Source of the DNA: Trichoplax sp. H2
Lineage: Eukaryota
Reading direction: 5' to 3'
DNA length: 64,000 nt
Assembly: GCA_003344405.1 (NCBI GenBank)
Contig: NOWV01000127.1
Span: 124,001 to 188,000, forward strand
Part shown: positions 1-12,500 of the stretch, piece by piece
How the letters are laid out: the number at the start of each line of letters is the position of its first letter
Numbering within the stretch: position 1 is the first letter of the stretch
Notes under the pieces: model-generated
What the model saw: only the letters and a program-made list of their open reading frames with translations
Databases searched by the model: none
What the model was told of the DNA's origin: nothing
Position numbers and translations under genes: made by a program

Positions 1-2617
1 CTGGAACAGGTAAATCATTGATCCCGTAGCCGACTTTCTTGCAGTAGCAGCATAAATTCTCTAACTTATGTTTCAGAGCTTATATTTAGAAATTAATAAT
101 CGATACAAGTGGAAAGAGAAAGTTCCATTCGATGTAGTCCGCTAATTACTTTTATATTTGTACATAGGTGCAAGCAAGAAGGTTATTGATATTGAAGCTG
201 AAGGACAAGTGGATGGCACCCCTTTGTACGAGTATGATATAGATGATAGTGAAAAACCATGGAGGAAGCCAGGTACGACTTTTGGCTAATAGCACATTTA
301 CGTCTATTTATGAACAGTAAAGATAGTCAGATTCTTGACGTTGTCAATATCTTTTATCCTTATGCACCACATAGTCATCCCTTAGCCTTGCCTCTAGTAC
401 TAACTGAGACTAACTGAACCCTTTATTAGGTGCTGATATTACTGACTACTTTAATTACGGATTTAATGAAGAAGTTTGGAAGCAATATTGCGAGAAGCAA
501 CGCAAATTGAGGGCAGAGATTGCAAATGGATTATATAATCCGCCACCAAAAGTACAAGAAAACTTTTACATATTATTAATAACCGTCGCCATCGTAGTAA
601 TCTTGCTATTGATAATCTGATAGTATTATCTTCCATTAATCCTACTCTTATGAATTAGGGATCATTGCCATCAATACATAAGAGTGAACTTAATACTCAA
701 GCTGCTAAGACTGATGCAGTGAGTGCGACTGGTAAGGATTGACTCTAATTTAGAATCCTACTTTCTTCAGATACTCTGAAGCTGTACAGCTTTTGCATTT
801 ATTGTTGACTTTATACTGGTCTACTTATCATTAGATGCACTATTAAAATGAATTTTTTTATTAATCTAGCAGGAAAGCGACTTCCCAACAAAGCTGGACC
901 GCCTCCAGATAGGAAAACAGAGGGAGCTATCGCTGTTATTGGAGTCGGTAAGTGTATCCGCTATCACAAGTTTATATCTTATACTAACCATCGGCGTTTT
1001 GAATTAGTGTTGGTATCTTTTATCATTGATTGAAAATTTGTCGCAAGCAGTGCAATGATTGAAGTTGCTATTTGTTTTACGTAGCTGACAGCCGACGCAG
1101 ACTGGATGAGTTACCTGCGACATCGGAAATAAACATTCCCCAGAGGTTTTGGAATAATTTAATGCAAAGTTGTAATTAATCGAACTACTGGATATTGGAT
1201 ATTTATAACATCTTACTAATTACCATTTTAGGGACACGAATAAAAATAATTCTAGCCAATCTCGACAATCGCAATCCAACGTAGGTCCTGGTATGGTACA
1301 GGTAAATACTAGTATTCCACCCCCTATGATGAGTGGCCAGCAATTTTCTCAGCCAGCAAATCAAGCCAATTCGGCTAGTGGTCCAATCATGAATAATCAT
1401 CCCAATCCAGCCCCTCCTGTGCAGCAGTTTCTCGTTCCTCCACTTAGTCATAACTTACCACCACCCAATATGCAACTTCCGCCACCCATTCCAAATCCAC
1501 CTCCAATGGTTGTACCAGGATTTAATGCTATGCAAGGTGAAGGAATACCTCCGGCTGGCTTTCATAATATGAATATGCCTCCAGTTGGTATGGGTAGAGG
1601 CCGTGGAAGAGGTGGTATGGGTATCCCGGGAATGGGCCTACCCGGTCAAGGTCCAGGTGAATTCCAACCAGGAATGGAAGATAGGTACAATGTCATGTCA
1701 CGAATATAACAAATGTGAACGTAATAGCAGACAATGTTAATCACTACATTCTTTTTTACTATAATGGTGGATGGTAGACCTTTTTTTGCCGGCTCAGGTA
1801 ATGCTGCTAATTACGTAATTATATTTGAATTGTTGATATTCACTGTTGACTATAAAACTTATCCTGATATTTTTTTATGGCAAACATTCTATTTGATATA
1901 GGTCAGGCGACTTCACCTGATATTTGGCCTCCTAATCAAGAATTCCCTCAAGGCTTTAATCCAGAGTCGAGAGGTCATAGCTCTGTTTCCGATAGTGAAA
2001 ATTCTAGTGAAAGCTATGAATATGAACACCCTAGAAGTAGTAAAGAAAAGAGTAGTAAACGGCGTGAACGAGGACGCGATCGAGATCATCGAGATCACAG
2101 AGATCGTGATCGTGACCGGCACCGAGAACGACATCGAGATAGAGAGCATAGAGATCACGATAGAGATAGGAAGCATAGAGAGCGAGACAGAGATAGAAGA
2201 GATCATGATCGAGATAGGAGAGAGGTACAATAATAATTGTACAGTACTTTAGCGTGTTTCCTTAGGCTGAACTAGATACAGTTAATCTCAAATCTTTTCT
2301 TTTGTGGTTAAATCTAGGACCGGCGCAAGAGAGATGATCGAAATACTAAGGAAGATAAGAAAAGGTGCCTAGCACAGTGCTATTTGTAGTTTACTAATCG
2401 CAGTCATTTTATGTTTACTGTAGAACTGGTCATGCTTTGCTGACAAAAAGAGAATCATTGAGGCTGATCATTGAAACATTTATTGATCGTATTGTTTTTT
2501 TGCACTAGGAGACGCCATAGTGCTGGTTCTAGTGATGGAGAAACTCCACGTCGACCCAGCAAACATTCAAAAGATAGAGAGGAAGCGATTGCAGATGAAG
2601 ATGTCAACGCATCATAA
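1..2617 (+). CDS. FIP1L1: Pre-mRNA 3'-end processing factor FIP1-like, 5'-truncated by the window. Exons ~1-9, 168-272, 430-551, 659-731, 870-947, 1085-1145, 1256-1684, 1902-2224, 2318-2364, 2509-2617
   Basis: GT-AG spliced translation gives the Fip1 motif [35 protein letters not shown], then a Pro-rich exon (ORF 1293-1709) and an RD/RE/RH-rich exon (ORF 1877-2233). Stop TAA at 2615-2617. Confidence 0.93.
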
Positions 2618-3205
2618 GAAAGTTATTGTACTGATTCTGGAGATTATCTGTATGATAAAACGTCGATTTTATTCAATCATAAAATGCAAATTTGAAATTT
2701 CCTATTACTTAATATGCTTTTCACTCAGCATGCTTGCCTGTAAATTCGAATTAATGTTAAGATGTATGTATAAAGACATGGCTTAATAATAGGCCGGATA
2801 TCAGGCTTGGTTCCAAATTGTTTAAAGTGTTGATCTTGTCAACGTACTGATTTCGTCGACTTTTGTTGGAGTAATGTGGTGAACATTGAGCTCTAAAATA
2901 TATTGGCCGCAACAATATCAAAGAATAGCTGCTAACACTCAAATTTTAACAAACGCGACAGTATCAACATTGATGAGAATTGGCCCAGTTTCAGGGCCCC
3001 CTTTAAACTGTACTAGCGTACCAGCGTACTGTACATGGTCATCTACAATAGGTAACTTCAATGTTACTACGGTGATCGTATCTCGTTACATTAACTAATT
3101 AATTGATTATATCATAATAAATTATGCGACCGTATTTTGTTCAAGAAAACTCTCGCGCGTACAGTATTTTATGATGTAGGGATTTNNNNNNNNNNNNNNN
3201 NNNNN

Positions 3206-3823
3206 CTTACAGATAAAGTATCTAGCAATCTGTACAAACTATGGGCATCGCTTTCGCTCGTATTCATAATAGAGCGGTAGGGAATGCACTGATGATCTAC
3301 TAGTAGTACAGTCTATATAAATTTAGTAATTAAGGCAGCGCATGCAGGCATATTCGATCGATACTGGTCAATGGGTTATTTTTGTCGATGATAATTCATC
3401 TTCAACGATGGGATACAATGTCACGCCTTGCATGTCCAGCTAGTCATGTTACTGTAAGAGCGATTCATTATCAGAACTGTCTTCAGTAAGTCCAATTTTG
3501 GCCTATGCAGACGTTCAATTCTCTTCAGGACAAGTTTTCCTTGTCATTCTATCGTATCACTGAAATAGGAGCTATTACTCATTCCTAGTTATCAGGCTAT
3601 TGGTGGGCTTCAATCGTACTCATCCAAGGAAGAGACAAGGATATTTCCAAGCGTAACGTTAGCAATTGTCAGTGATGAGAATGCGCTTTTTTAGAGTACG
3701 GCCCCGATCACTTTTTCAACATATCTAAGCCATGACTATATCAAGTTGGATTGCTCTAGAAGACTAAAAGATTTTTAAAAGTAGGCTAATATTAACGAGT
3801 GGCCTATTATGAAGGCCATCGAC
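3206..3823. other. Gap-flanked near-identical copy of 6203-6897 (RPS3 intron 1), probably a misplaced alternate haplotype contig
   Basis: Bounded by N runs at 3186-3205 and 3824-3843. Matches 6203-6897 except for scattered SNPs and a ~77-nt deletion (about 6366-6443 missing). Confidence 0.88.
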
Positions 3824-3843
3824 NNNNNNNNNNNNNNNNNNNN

Positions 3844-4014
3844 AGCGTACCAGCGTACTGTACATGGTCATCTACAATAGGTAACTTCAATGTTACTACG
3901 GTGATCGTATCTCGTTACATTAACTAATTAATTGATTATATCATAATAAATTATGCGACCGTATTTTGTTCAAGAAAACTCTCGCGCGTACAGTATTTTA
4001 TGATGTAGGGATTT
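3844..4014. other. Copy of 3015-3185 immediately after a gap (unmerged contig overlap)
   Basis: agcgtaccagcgtactg...gatgtagggattt is repeated at offset 829 on either side of the gaps. Confidence 0.9.
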
Positions 4015-4324
4015 CGTAATTTCACTATGAATTATACAGTAAATTCGTCCTGCACCTGCATTAAGGTTAAAGATTACCAAATCCGTAATGTTGAACTGTG
4101 TTTTAAGATTTTTGCCCAATTCACTATTGTAAATTGTTAAAAAAAAAGTTTTGTTGTCTGGATATTCAGGAAATTAATTAAGGCAAACGCTACATCCACT
4201 ACTGTATATTACAGCATGCGAAATAACATTATGATACCATTGTACATTCATTTCATTTTGTTGTCGTTATGATCCAAAACAATAAATCTAACAACTAGAA
4301 ATTTTTTAATTAAATTTAAATGAC

Positions 4325-4330
4325 TTTATT
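4325..4330 (-). terminator. Polyadenylation signal AATAAA of the RPS3 terminal non-coding exon
   Basis: tttatt on +, about 70 nt downstream of the acceptor (ttctcag/ctag, ~4396-4401) of the 3'-UTR intron. Confidence 0.6.
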
Positions 4331-4455
4331 GATGTTGAACTTGATGTCAAGGATGACAATATATTACATGATAAATCCTCCAGTATTTCCAACACCTAGC
4401 TGAGAATAATAAGAAATGAATTAGAGTCAGTAGTTTACGCAAGGTAACGTTATGA

Positions 4456-4596
4456 TAATGTTTGATTACAATACAAGCACGATCTCAGAAGTCAACCTTA
4501 AATCGAGCCCGACACAATTAATCAAGTCAATATCGCATTCTTAATCAACAAGTGAAATGCGATTAACCATTTTCACCAGTTAACGAGAAGAATGCG
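4456..4596 (-). ncRNA. Candidate intronic box H/ACA snoRNA in the RPS3 3'-UTR intron
   Basis: Minus strand folds as hairpin 1 (CGCATTCTT/AAGAATGCG base stem; GTTAAC/GTTGAT and GTGAAAATG/CATTTCAC upper stems), hinge ATATTG (imperfect H box), hairpin 2 (TTGATTA/TAATCAA base stem, internal pocket, CGGGC/GCTTG and CGATT/GATCG upper stems), then ACA plus 3 nt. About 141 nt, sense to the host, ~55-60 nt from the 3' splice site. Confidence 0.7.
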
Positions 4597-4788
4597 TCGA
4601 TTACTAAATACTGCTATAAATAGCCAAGCTATATTCACAGTATCGTTCGATTATTTTTGATTCGTTATTATACCGCACATATGTAACTAAAGCAAGTAAG
4701 GATATTACAAAATTTTCCCTCATTTCGTAATTCATAGATTTACTTACCGATTGAAATCGGATCTGCGGTAGCTTAAAAAACATCCAGG

Positions 4789-7209
4789 TTAATTATCCTT
4801 GCTAGAGTCATATTGCTCAAAGACTTCACTCTTGGGTTCAGAAATGCTAACATAATCAGGCAATGGTTTCTTAGGTCCACTCTTGCCAGTGGGATCTGTT
4901 GGCAACATGATTTTGACTTTGATACCAAGTACACCTAAAAATTTTTGTCACGGATAGAGAAAAGTTTGAAGTTAGAGAAAGACTACAATTTCTCACACAT
5001 ACGAGGCAAAGTAGTTCTATTCATTTAGCTAAGGCTTTACCTTGTCGAAGATATACGTGGCGAATAGCTGTATCGACATAATCAACACAGGGTTGACCTG
5101 TGTGAATCATTAAACCATCTACAAATTTCATAGACTTTGCACGCTGTCCACGTAATTTACCAGAGACAACGATTTCACAGCCTTTAGCACCACTTTCCAT
5201 GATGAATCTCAATACACCATAGCAAGCCCTAAAGTAATATCATAACGATTAAAGTTACCATCTGACTAATAAAAATGTCGAAAGATAGGATAATACTACT
5301 TCTAGAGTATTCATGTTGCAATAACTAAGGCTTAGCACAGGGGATACAATGCACTAAGCTTAACTCTTCACTAGATTACTCGATAGTAGCGATTGTCATT
5401 TTTTTTACGCTTACCTTCTAACTGCTAAGCCTCCGATCAATTTGTAACGGAGAGATTCACACTGCGCGATAGCACATAAACCACGAGCAGCAACTTTTTC
5501 TGCATAGATCTATGATATCAACGACAAGAAAACACTGCAATTACGATCGTGAAATAACAGCCAGTGTACTGCTGTACAATTTTAGCCGTAACTATAACGA
5601 TAATAGTTTAAGTAATTGGGCGAGCGACTGTCGTTTTTAAGTGATAGATGTACAACATTCAAGACACTTCTTTTACCTCAACACTGTCTTCGGGGAAATT
5701 GAATCGTTTCTGAATCAGAGACATGAGCTCACGGATTCTTCTACCCTTTTCACCAAGTACATTTTGAGTACGAGTGGCAGAGATGATAATTTCAGTTCTA
5801 GTAGGGGTAACGCGAACTTCTACACCGCTATAGCCATCTTCAGCTAATTCACGGCTTAAGAAATTGTTCAGTTCAGCCCTAAAGATTCCATCAGCTACAA
5901 ACTAGTACAAAAATCAAAATACCACGGTTAAAGGATGGCATAATTTCAACTTTCTACTGTTACTATTAGCTAGACTACTCGGCCTCTACTGTAACAGGCC
6001 TTAACTTGATCCTGTGCACTTCTACAGTTCGATTTAAAATAGCCATAATTTCATGTTATGTCGCGCGAATAAAGTGGTCGTTTTGATAGATACGAAATCA
6101 TATCCCTATTGCATCGTCACTAAGACCATTGGCTACAGTCATAGGAGTCATTTCATTACTTAAGTAATGAGATTACGTTTAGTAAAGAATTAAGATGAAG
6201 GTCTTACAGATAAAGTATCTAGCAATCTGTACAAACTATGGGCATCGCTTTCGCTCGTATTCATAATAGAGCGGTAGGGAATGCACTGATGATCTACTAG
6301 TAGTACAGTCTATATAAATTTAGTAATTAAGGCAGCGCATGCAGGCATATTCGATCGATACTGGTCGTCATGTTAGTCGCTTTACGTTAACAAGGCAGAT
6401 CAGCACGAAAGTAATCCATTTCATAAAGAATAGCAATCACTGAGTGGGTTATTTTTGTCGATGATAATTAATCTTCAACGATGGGATACAATGTCACGCC
6501 TTCCATGTCTAGCTAGTCATCTTACTGTAAGAGCGGATTCATTATCAGAACTGTCTTCAGTAAGTCCAATTTTGGCCTATGCAGACGTTCAATTCTCTTC
6601 AGGACAAGTTTTCCTTGTCATTCTATCGTATCACTGAAATAGGAGCTATTACTCATTCCTAGTTATCAGGCTATTGGTGGGCTTCAATCGTACTCATCCA
6701 AGGAAGAGACAAGGATATTTCCAAGCGTAACGTTAGCAATTGTCAGTGATGAGAATGCGTTTTTTTAGAGTACGGCCCCGATCACTTTTTCAACGTAACT
6801 AAGCCATGACTATATCAAGTTGGATTGCTCTAGAAGACTAAAAGATTTTTAAAAGTATGCTAGTATTAACGAGTGGCCTATTATGAAGGCCATCGACTAG
6901 CAAGACTATACCGAAATCAATCTTGTCCATCTTTGCTAACCGGACTATGACAAAATCTACTAAGACAGTATCCATCCATGTTGATGGCTATTACTAACGC
7001 ACGAGTAGAATATGGGCAATGGACATTATAATCGGCTGGAAATCCGTGTTTTCTATAGTCATCCATATTCAAACACCTTCGCCATCGGTCCAATATGTAC
7101 GTAAAGACATGATTGAACAATTTTTTGTTCAATTTAATGGCAAAATAATGGAATTTCTGAATTAAAATTGGCCTACCTTTCTTTTCTTACTGATACTCGC
7201 TGCAGCCAT
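4789..7209 (-). CDS. RPS3: 40S ribosomal protein S3 (uS3). Exons 7209-7177, 5901-5677, 5509-5415, 5228-5041, 4934-4789
   Basis: Spliced translation [51 protein letters not shown]...[32 protein letters not shown]...[12 protein letters not shown]...GPKKPLPD. All introns are GT-AG. Confidence 0.98.
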
Positions 7210-7225
7210 ATTCGACTTTGTTGCG

Positions 7226-7319
7226 AAAGATTGAGAAGAGGGCTGGCTAAAGTGCGCCTGCGCTACTTATACCCACTTGACTGTTGCCACTTGCAAGTAC
7301 AGTCACTAGCAACCACGTG
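7226..7319 (-). promoter_or_regulatory. RPS3 5'TOP/TCT-like polypyrimidine initiator, with upstream NRF1-like and E-box motifs
   Basis: Minus strand CCCTCTTCTCAATCTTT lies ~17-33 nt upstream of the ATG. TGCGCCTGCGC at 7253-7263 and CACGTG at 7314-7319. Confidence 0.6.
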
Positions 7320-7857
7320 GGCCGTCGGCAGTGGCAGCCAGGCTGTACGTGATGTGTTGTCTGTCATACTGTTCACTGTAGTGTACGGACGCTTTGAGTC
7401 CTTTTGCTCTCACTGCTTGTGGTACTCGTGGGTAACGTTGGTACAGTCACTGTAGTTTAGGATGGCACTTTTTTATACCGTAAACACAGTACAGGCACTA
7501 GTCTACAGTCTAGTACACCGAGTCCAGTCATGGACTACTATAGCAGAAAGAAAGGAACACCACCCCTCGGCATTGCTTGATGAATACAAGAGTACACTGA
7601 CTGAGTACAGTATGTATGCAGTGAAGAAGGCATGTTAACATAGGGAAAGGTGATTCTTCAGTAAGAGTGAAAAGAAAAAAATGAACAGAAACTTGACTAG
7701 TAAAGCATACAGTATCCTGTAGTATGCAACGTGGTACTCCATGCTGAAGATCATAAAGGAAAAATTGCAATCAGTAAATGATTTTTCTTTCTTTCTTTGG
7801 CCTCAGTCAAGTGGACAGCAAAGATTATCATCGATGCTGTCCAGTTAGACCTGACAG

Positions 7858-8853
7858 TCCAGTACAGTACACAGAGTACAGTACACTGTACAGTACAGTA
7901 CTTCTGTATGGACAGATGGACTACTAGAAATTACTTCCAGTACAGTACAATATAGTACTGTACTGTATAGTGTACAGTACAGTATAAGTGCCCATACGCA
8001 AGTACTGTACAGTGTACACTAATTCTGTAAGGACAGACGGACTACTAGAAATTACTTCCAGTTACAGTACTGAGTACACTAATTCTGTATGGACAGATGG
8101 ACTGCTAGAAATTACTTTAAGTACAGTACTGTACACTAATTACAGTATGTACTGTACTGTACGTATGGATACATGGACTACGGTACTAGAAATTACTTCC
8201 AGTACTGTACACTGTACACTGTACAGTCCAGTAATTCTGTATGGACAGATGGACGAAAAGAAATTACTTCAAGTACAGTACAATATAGTACTGTACTGTA
8301 CAGTATAGTGTACAGTACAGTATAAGTGCCCATACGCAAGTACTGTACAGTGTACACTAATCCTGTAAGGACAGACGGACTACTAGAAATTACTTCCAGT
8401 TACAGTACTGAGTACACTAATTCTGTATGGACAGATGGACTGCTAGAAATTACTTTAAGTACAGTACTGTACACTAATTACAGTATGTACGTATGGATAG
8501 ATGGACTACGGTACTAGAAATTACTTCCAGTACTGTACACTGTACACTGTACAGTCCAGTAATTCTGTATGGACAGATGGACGAAAAGAAATTACTTCAA
8601 GTACAGTACAGTGTACACTAATTACAGTACAGTATAGTATACAATCACTATACTGTACTGTATAGTACTGTACTGTATGTAGCTGAATTTATGCCAAAAT
8701 TTCCAAATTATTCTGTAACATTAGTATAGTATACTGGCTGTACACTATTTACAGTATATATGGACAGATGGACTACTAGAAATTACTTCCAGTACAGTAC
8801 AGTACAGTAATTCTGTATGGACAGATGGACTACTAGAAGTTACTTCCAGTACT
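7858..8853. repeat. GTAC/TACAG-rich satellite with a ~45-60 bp core and a 338-bp higher-order duplication
   Basis: Recurrent unit ttctgtatggacagatggactactagaaattacttccagtacagtac. The block starting at 7988 recurs at 8326. Confidence 0.92.
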
Positions 8854-9559
8854 GTAGCCTGCCAAGGATGCAGAACGGACCATTCGGACAGACAGCCGCT
8901 AACATGGTGGAAATAAATTGAATTGAAACAATGCCCCTTACCACTTGCGTTCCATCTTATACTCCAATACAGTGATCAAGCGTTCAAGGAATGATCGAGA
9001 ATTGAATCAGTTTAGAGTCAATACATTTTCCACTCTATTCTACTCTAGCATGCCATGATGCTGTGCAGTGTACAGTATATGTCATACATAGCCAAGACAA
9101 TTCCATTAGTGTACATTTCAGTAATTTCAAATTTCGTTCATCGATTACATACTGTATACAGGATGTTGATTTCCATAAATACCAGAAGGACGGAATATAA
9201 AATAAATAAATGAAAAAGTAAAAAATAAAAGGAAGAAATTCTTCTATACATCAATATCTACTGTATGTTGAGGCTATTGTTGTTTTGGAGACAAGTGAAA
9301 TCACCACAGCACGGTAGTGCTGTATCCTTTCCAGCACAAGTTCTCAATGCCAGTACAGTATTGCCCATTTTCAGGTATTTCGCCTTATGCCATCATCCAG
9401 CTCCCACTTATATCGCATTTCTGTCAATTCAAAGTCGTGCCTTAGTCATTCTCTCTTGTAACTCTTTAACCATTTAAAAAAAAATGGTTTAACTCAAGTG
9501 ATTCTTAGGAAATCACAGACAAGAACTGCAATCAAGAATGCAACTGTCAGATAGGTTGA

Positions 9560-12500
9560 CCAGTTTACATCTTGCGTCATCTCCTACACTTATATTATGA
9601 GCGCTTCTTCAATGAATCATGGATATGGAGACACTCTAATCGCTATCACAAGACACTTTAGGTATCCAACTTTCTACTACTGTATCCAATGATGGATAAC
9701 GGGGATACGCTTCGGTTGGATCCTCAATGCTTTCCATGATTTGATGGAAGCAATTGTATCAACCTCGAATATATATTAAAGCCAAGTTGTCCAGGACCTC
9801 ATTCGATACTAAAACAATATTGCAATTTTCAATTAGCGATCGTCTCGTATATTGCGTTTTTCTCCATTTTACAATATTCAGTATTAACCATAACTGAGAA
9901 TTTATCCATATACGTTATACCCGATATGTAGTAATAGTACTCTACAGCAGTGGAATACCTTCGGTTTCTTCTATCCGTTCGAAACTCAGACACATACGTA
10001 TACAGTATTACAAAAAAAAAAAATAGACCATAAGCTGCTATATCGAACAGAGTAACTGCGGATTATTGATAGATAGATAAATTCTCTCCATGATTATAAA
10101 TGGTCTAAGCAATCTCCAAATTAAATCAATTTCATAATAACACCGGATGAACAGGGAATAATTATTATTAAAGAGAGAATCTTAGCGTCCCGTTGAAAAA
10201 CTACCAAATTAAAAATAGATTAGAATGATAAAGTCTGCAGTACACAGCGTTCAATGTTGTGCTAGTTCTTGATTGTTGAGAAGAAAAATATCCTGACGTA
10301 TTATTATAAATTCTGTCTTCAATGTCTTCTCTGATCAATAACTTTTAATTATAGTAGTCCCTGCTAAAAGTATCCAAATAGAAAGAGTAGGTATGATTTC
10401 TAAATCGAAGTAGGAAAAAAGCAACCGTGGAATTGTCAATAAAACAGTGAGTCAATCAGATGTATAGCACTTTCTATAATCCGTATTTATTGTAAATTAA
10501 AAAAATTGATAAAGTAATAGTGAAAGATAGCGTAATCGATTATGATAAAGGTAAAGTAAAAAAGGAATAAAATAGTCGACAGAACTCAAGGAGATCAATA
10601 CAATCTGAGTCCAGTCATACCGGTACAATATATGTGCTCTAAATATAGTTCAGTTGCAAACGTGTTAAATGAATCAATAGCAATCCATTTTCTAGCATCG
10701 CGTTGACTTGGAAAGGCAATATCATTACCCCACCGGCAGATGAAATTAGACTAGGTAATTATTTCAAGTCGATATAATTGCCATGATCACCTGACAACTT
10801 TGCTATTGATCATTGAAGAATTCATTTTGTTTTGTTCCTATGGTGTTGGCGAATGGAATTAATCAATTCCATGCTCAAAAACAGTATCGTCAAATTGAAT
10901 CATGCCTATTAAAATGAAGAGATAAAAGCTAGAGCATACAGTATTAAGCTAGTAGCAAAAATCAATGCTTTCTATTTGATCAAAGCATTAGATAAGAAAC
11001 AATCGCAATTGATATTCTTTCACGCTCATTCGATCGAACAAAATAAACATCAAAATCTTATCTATTCATTGACTTGTTTCGTTAAGATGATGAATAAACA
11101 AGTCTACATTTAGACATCATTCCAATCGATCAGTTACTTTGTTTCAATCCTTTCTGTCATTTTTTCGCAATCGATCGCCATCGTCGACAGATCGATTCAG
11201 CATTTTCCTTGTAAATAGGCTGTTAACGCTAGGAAATTGTTCACGTAAGGATAAAATTCTGTCTTGCTTCCCTTTCGTATTTTATCGTCAATGATTCTCC
11301 ACCATCCTTGGTTAATTAATGATCCTTTCTAATCTATTCGCTGATAACGATATATCAAAATCAATTTAATATTGGCAACGTATGTATCTTTAGTATAACT
11401 AATCGAATAAAAACCCATCATTATTGGTATGAGTTAATCAATTTACAACAGGAATACGTGCAGAATTTATAATATCAATAATCGTCTTGTTGACCAGATA
11501 GATTAATATTGTATAGCAAATGATTCTTGACAATAGTTGGTTAATGATTACTTCTATTTTAGTCGTCGATAGCGATAGATCAGAAAGCTATTTTACTTTT
11601 TGCAACGTATGGTTTCTTTAGCATGAATAATCAAATAAGAATAGATCGTTATTATCAAAAGTTAATCAGCTTTGAACTAGAATACGCATAGAAATTAAAA
11701 TAGAGAATATCATCTTGTTTAATAGGTTGATTAATCTTTCATCATAAAATAATTTTCAACAATCCTCATTTATTATTATTTCTTATGTAGTCGCAGATAA
11801 TAATGTATTTATAATTTACTTTATGCTAGCAGCTTAGATATCATCAGAACTAATAATCGAATAAGAATCGCTAATCATTGCCATGAGTTAATCTATCTTA
11901 AACTGTAAAGTGCTAAATAAAATACGTGTAGAATTGAAGATGAACTTCGATATTGGACCAATGAATACCTGATTCAAAATTTTCTAATCATATATTTCAT
12001 GATTGGCAAGGAATTGAGGTTTTCGTCAACAGCAATCCTAGACCTATCACATCGCTTGACGACCCTTTCCGTTCTCCAAGTCCAATTAACTTACTAATGA
12101 AATAGTTGTTATCGCCAAGAAAAGCATCCAAAATCAACAAAGTAGCCCATTGATCAAAGTGTATACAGCAAGTGAGTAATGAAAAAAGTTTTATCGTGTT
12201 AATAAAGTGAAAGTAATCATTCATTTCATAATTCTGGACACATTGTTACTTTATGTTGAATTGAAGCTAAATATAAATATCCACCTTGGCATCTCCATGG
12301 ATAATTAACCAATATCGTAAAGTATCTAATTTATTACAATTCTTAGCATTTTGATGAAACGTCATGATATCATTGATTAATGATAGTGTTTCATCAATAA
12401 TATAACACTATACTTCATCGGGTATTTGAAAGGGGAAAGATGCTATCATGATTTTATTATCTATACTATTTTTGTAACTTAAATCTTCTGTTCTTTCATT

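Noticed and set aside
1913-2252. Alternative-frame and antisense ORFs rich in Ile/Ser/Glu
   Set aside because: Shadows of the low-complexity RD/RH exon of FIP1L1.
5585-5599. GCCGTAACTATAACG resembles LSU rRNA helix 69, so the minus strand could be a C/D guide
   Set aside because: No box C or canonical CTGA at the right spacing, and it sits in a simple AT-rich hairpin.
5926-5935. U12-like branch point (ATCCTTTAAC on minus) near the RPS3 intron 1 acceptor
   Set aside because: The donor is GTAGGC, not GTATCCTT or ATATCCTT, so the intron is U2-type.
6728-6972. H/ACA-like hairpins in RPS3 intron 1 (GCTAGT/ACTAGC+ATA; AGTGAT/ATCACT+ACA)
   Set aside because: No convincing H box or target, and the alternate-haplotype copy changes the ATA box. 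Not supportable by eye, though worth an Infernal scan.
7270-7475. GC-richer stretch ending in a T-run, considered as a Pol III RNA
   Set aside because: No tRNA, SRP, RNase P/MRP or U6 signatures; better explained as RPS3 promoter sequence.
7988-8517. Two similar ORFs (106 and 63 aa) and CRISPR-like periodicity
   Set aside because: Translations of satellite DNA. The spacers are themselves repeats, the context is eukaryotic, and there are no cas genes.
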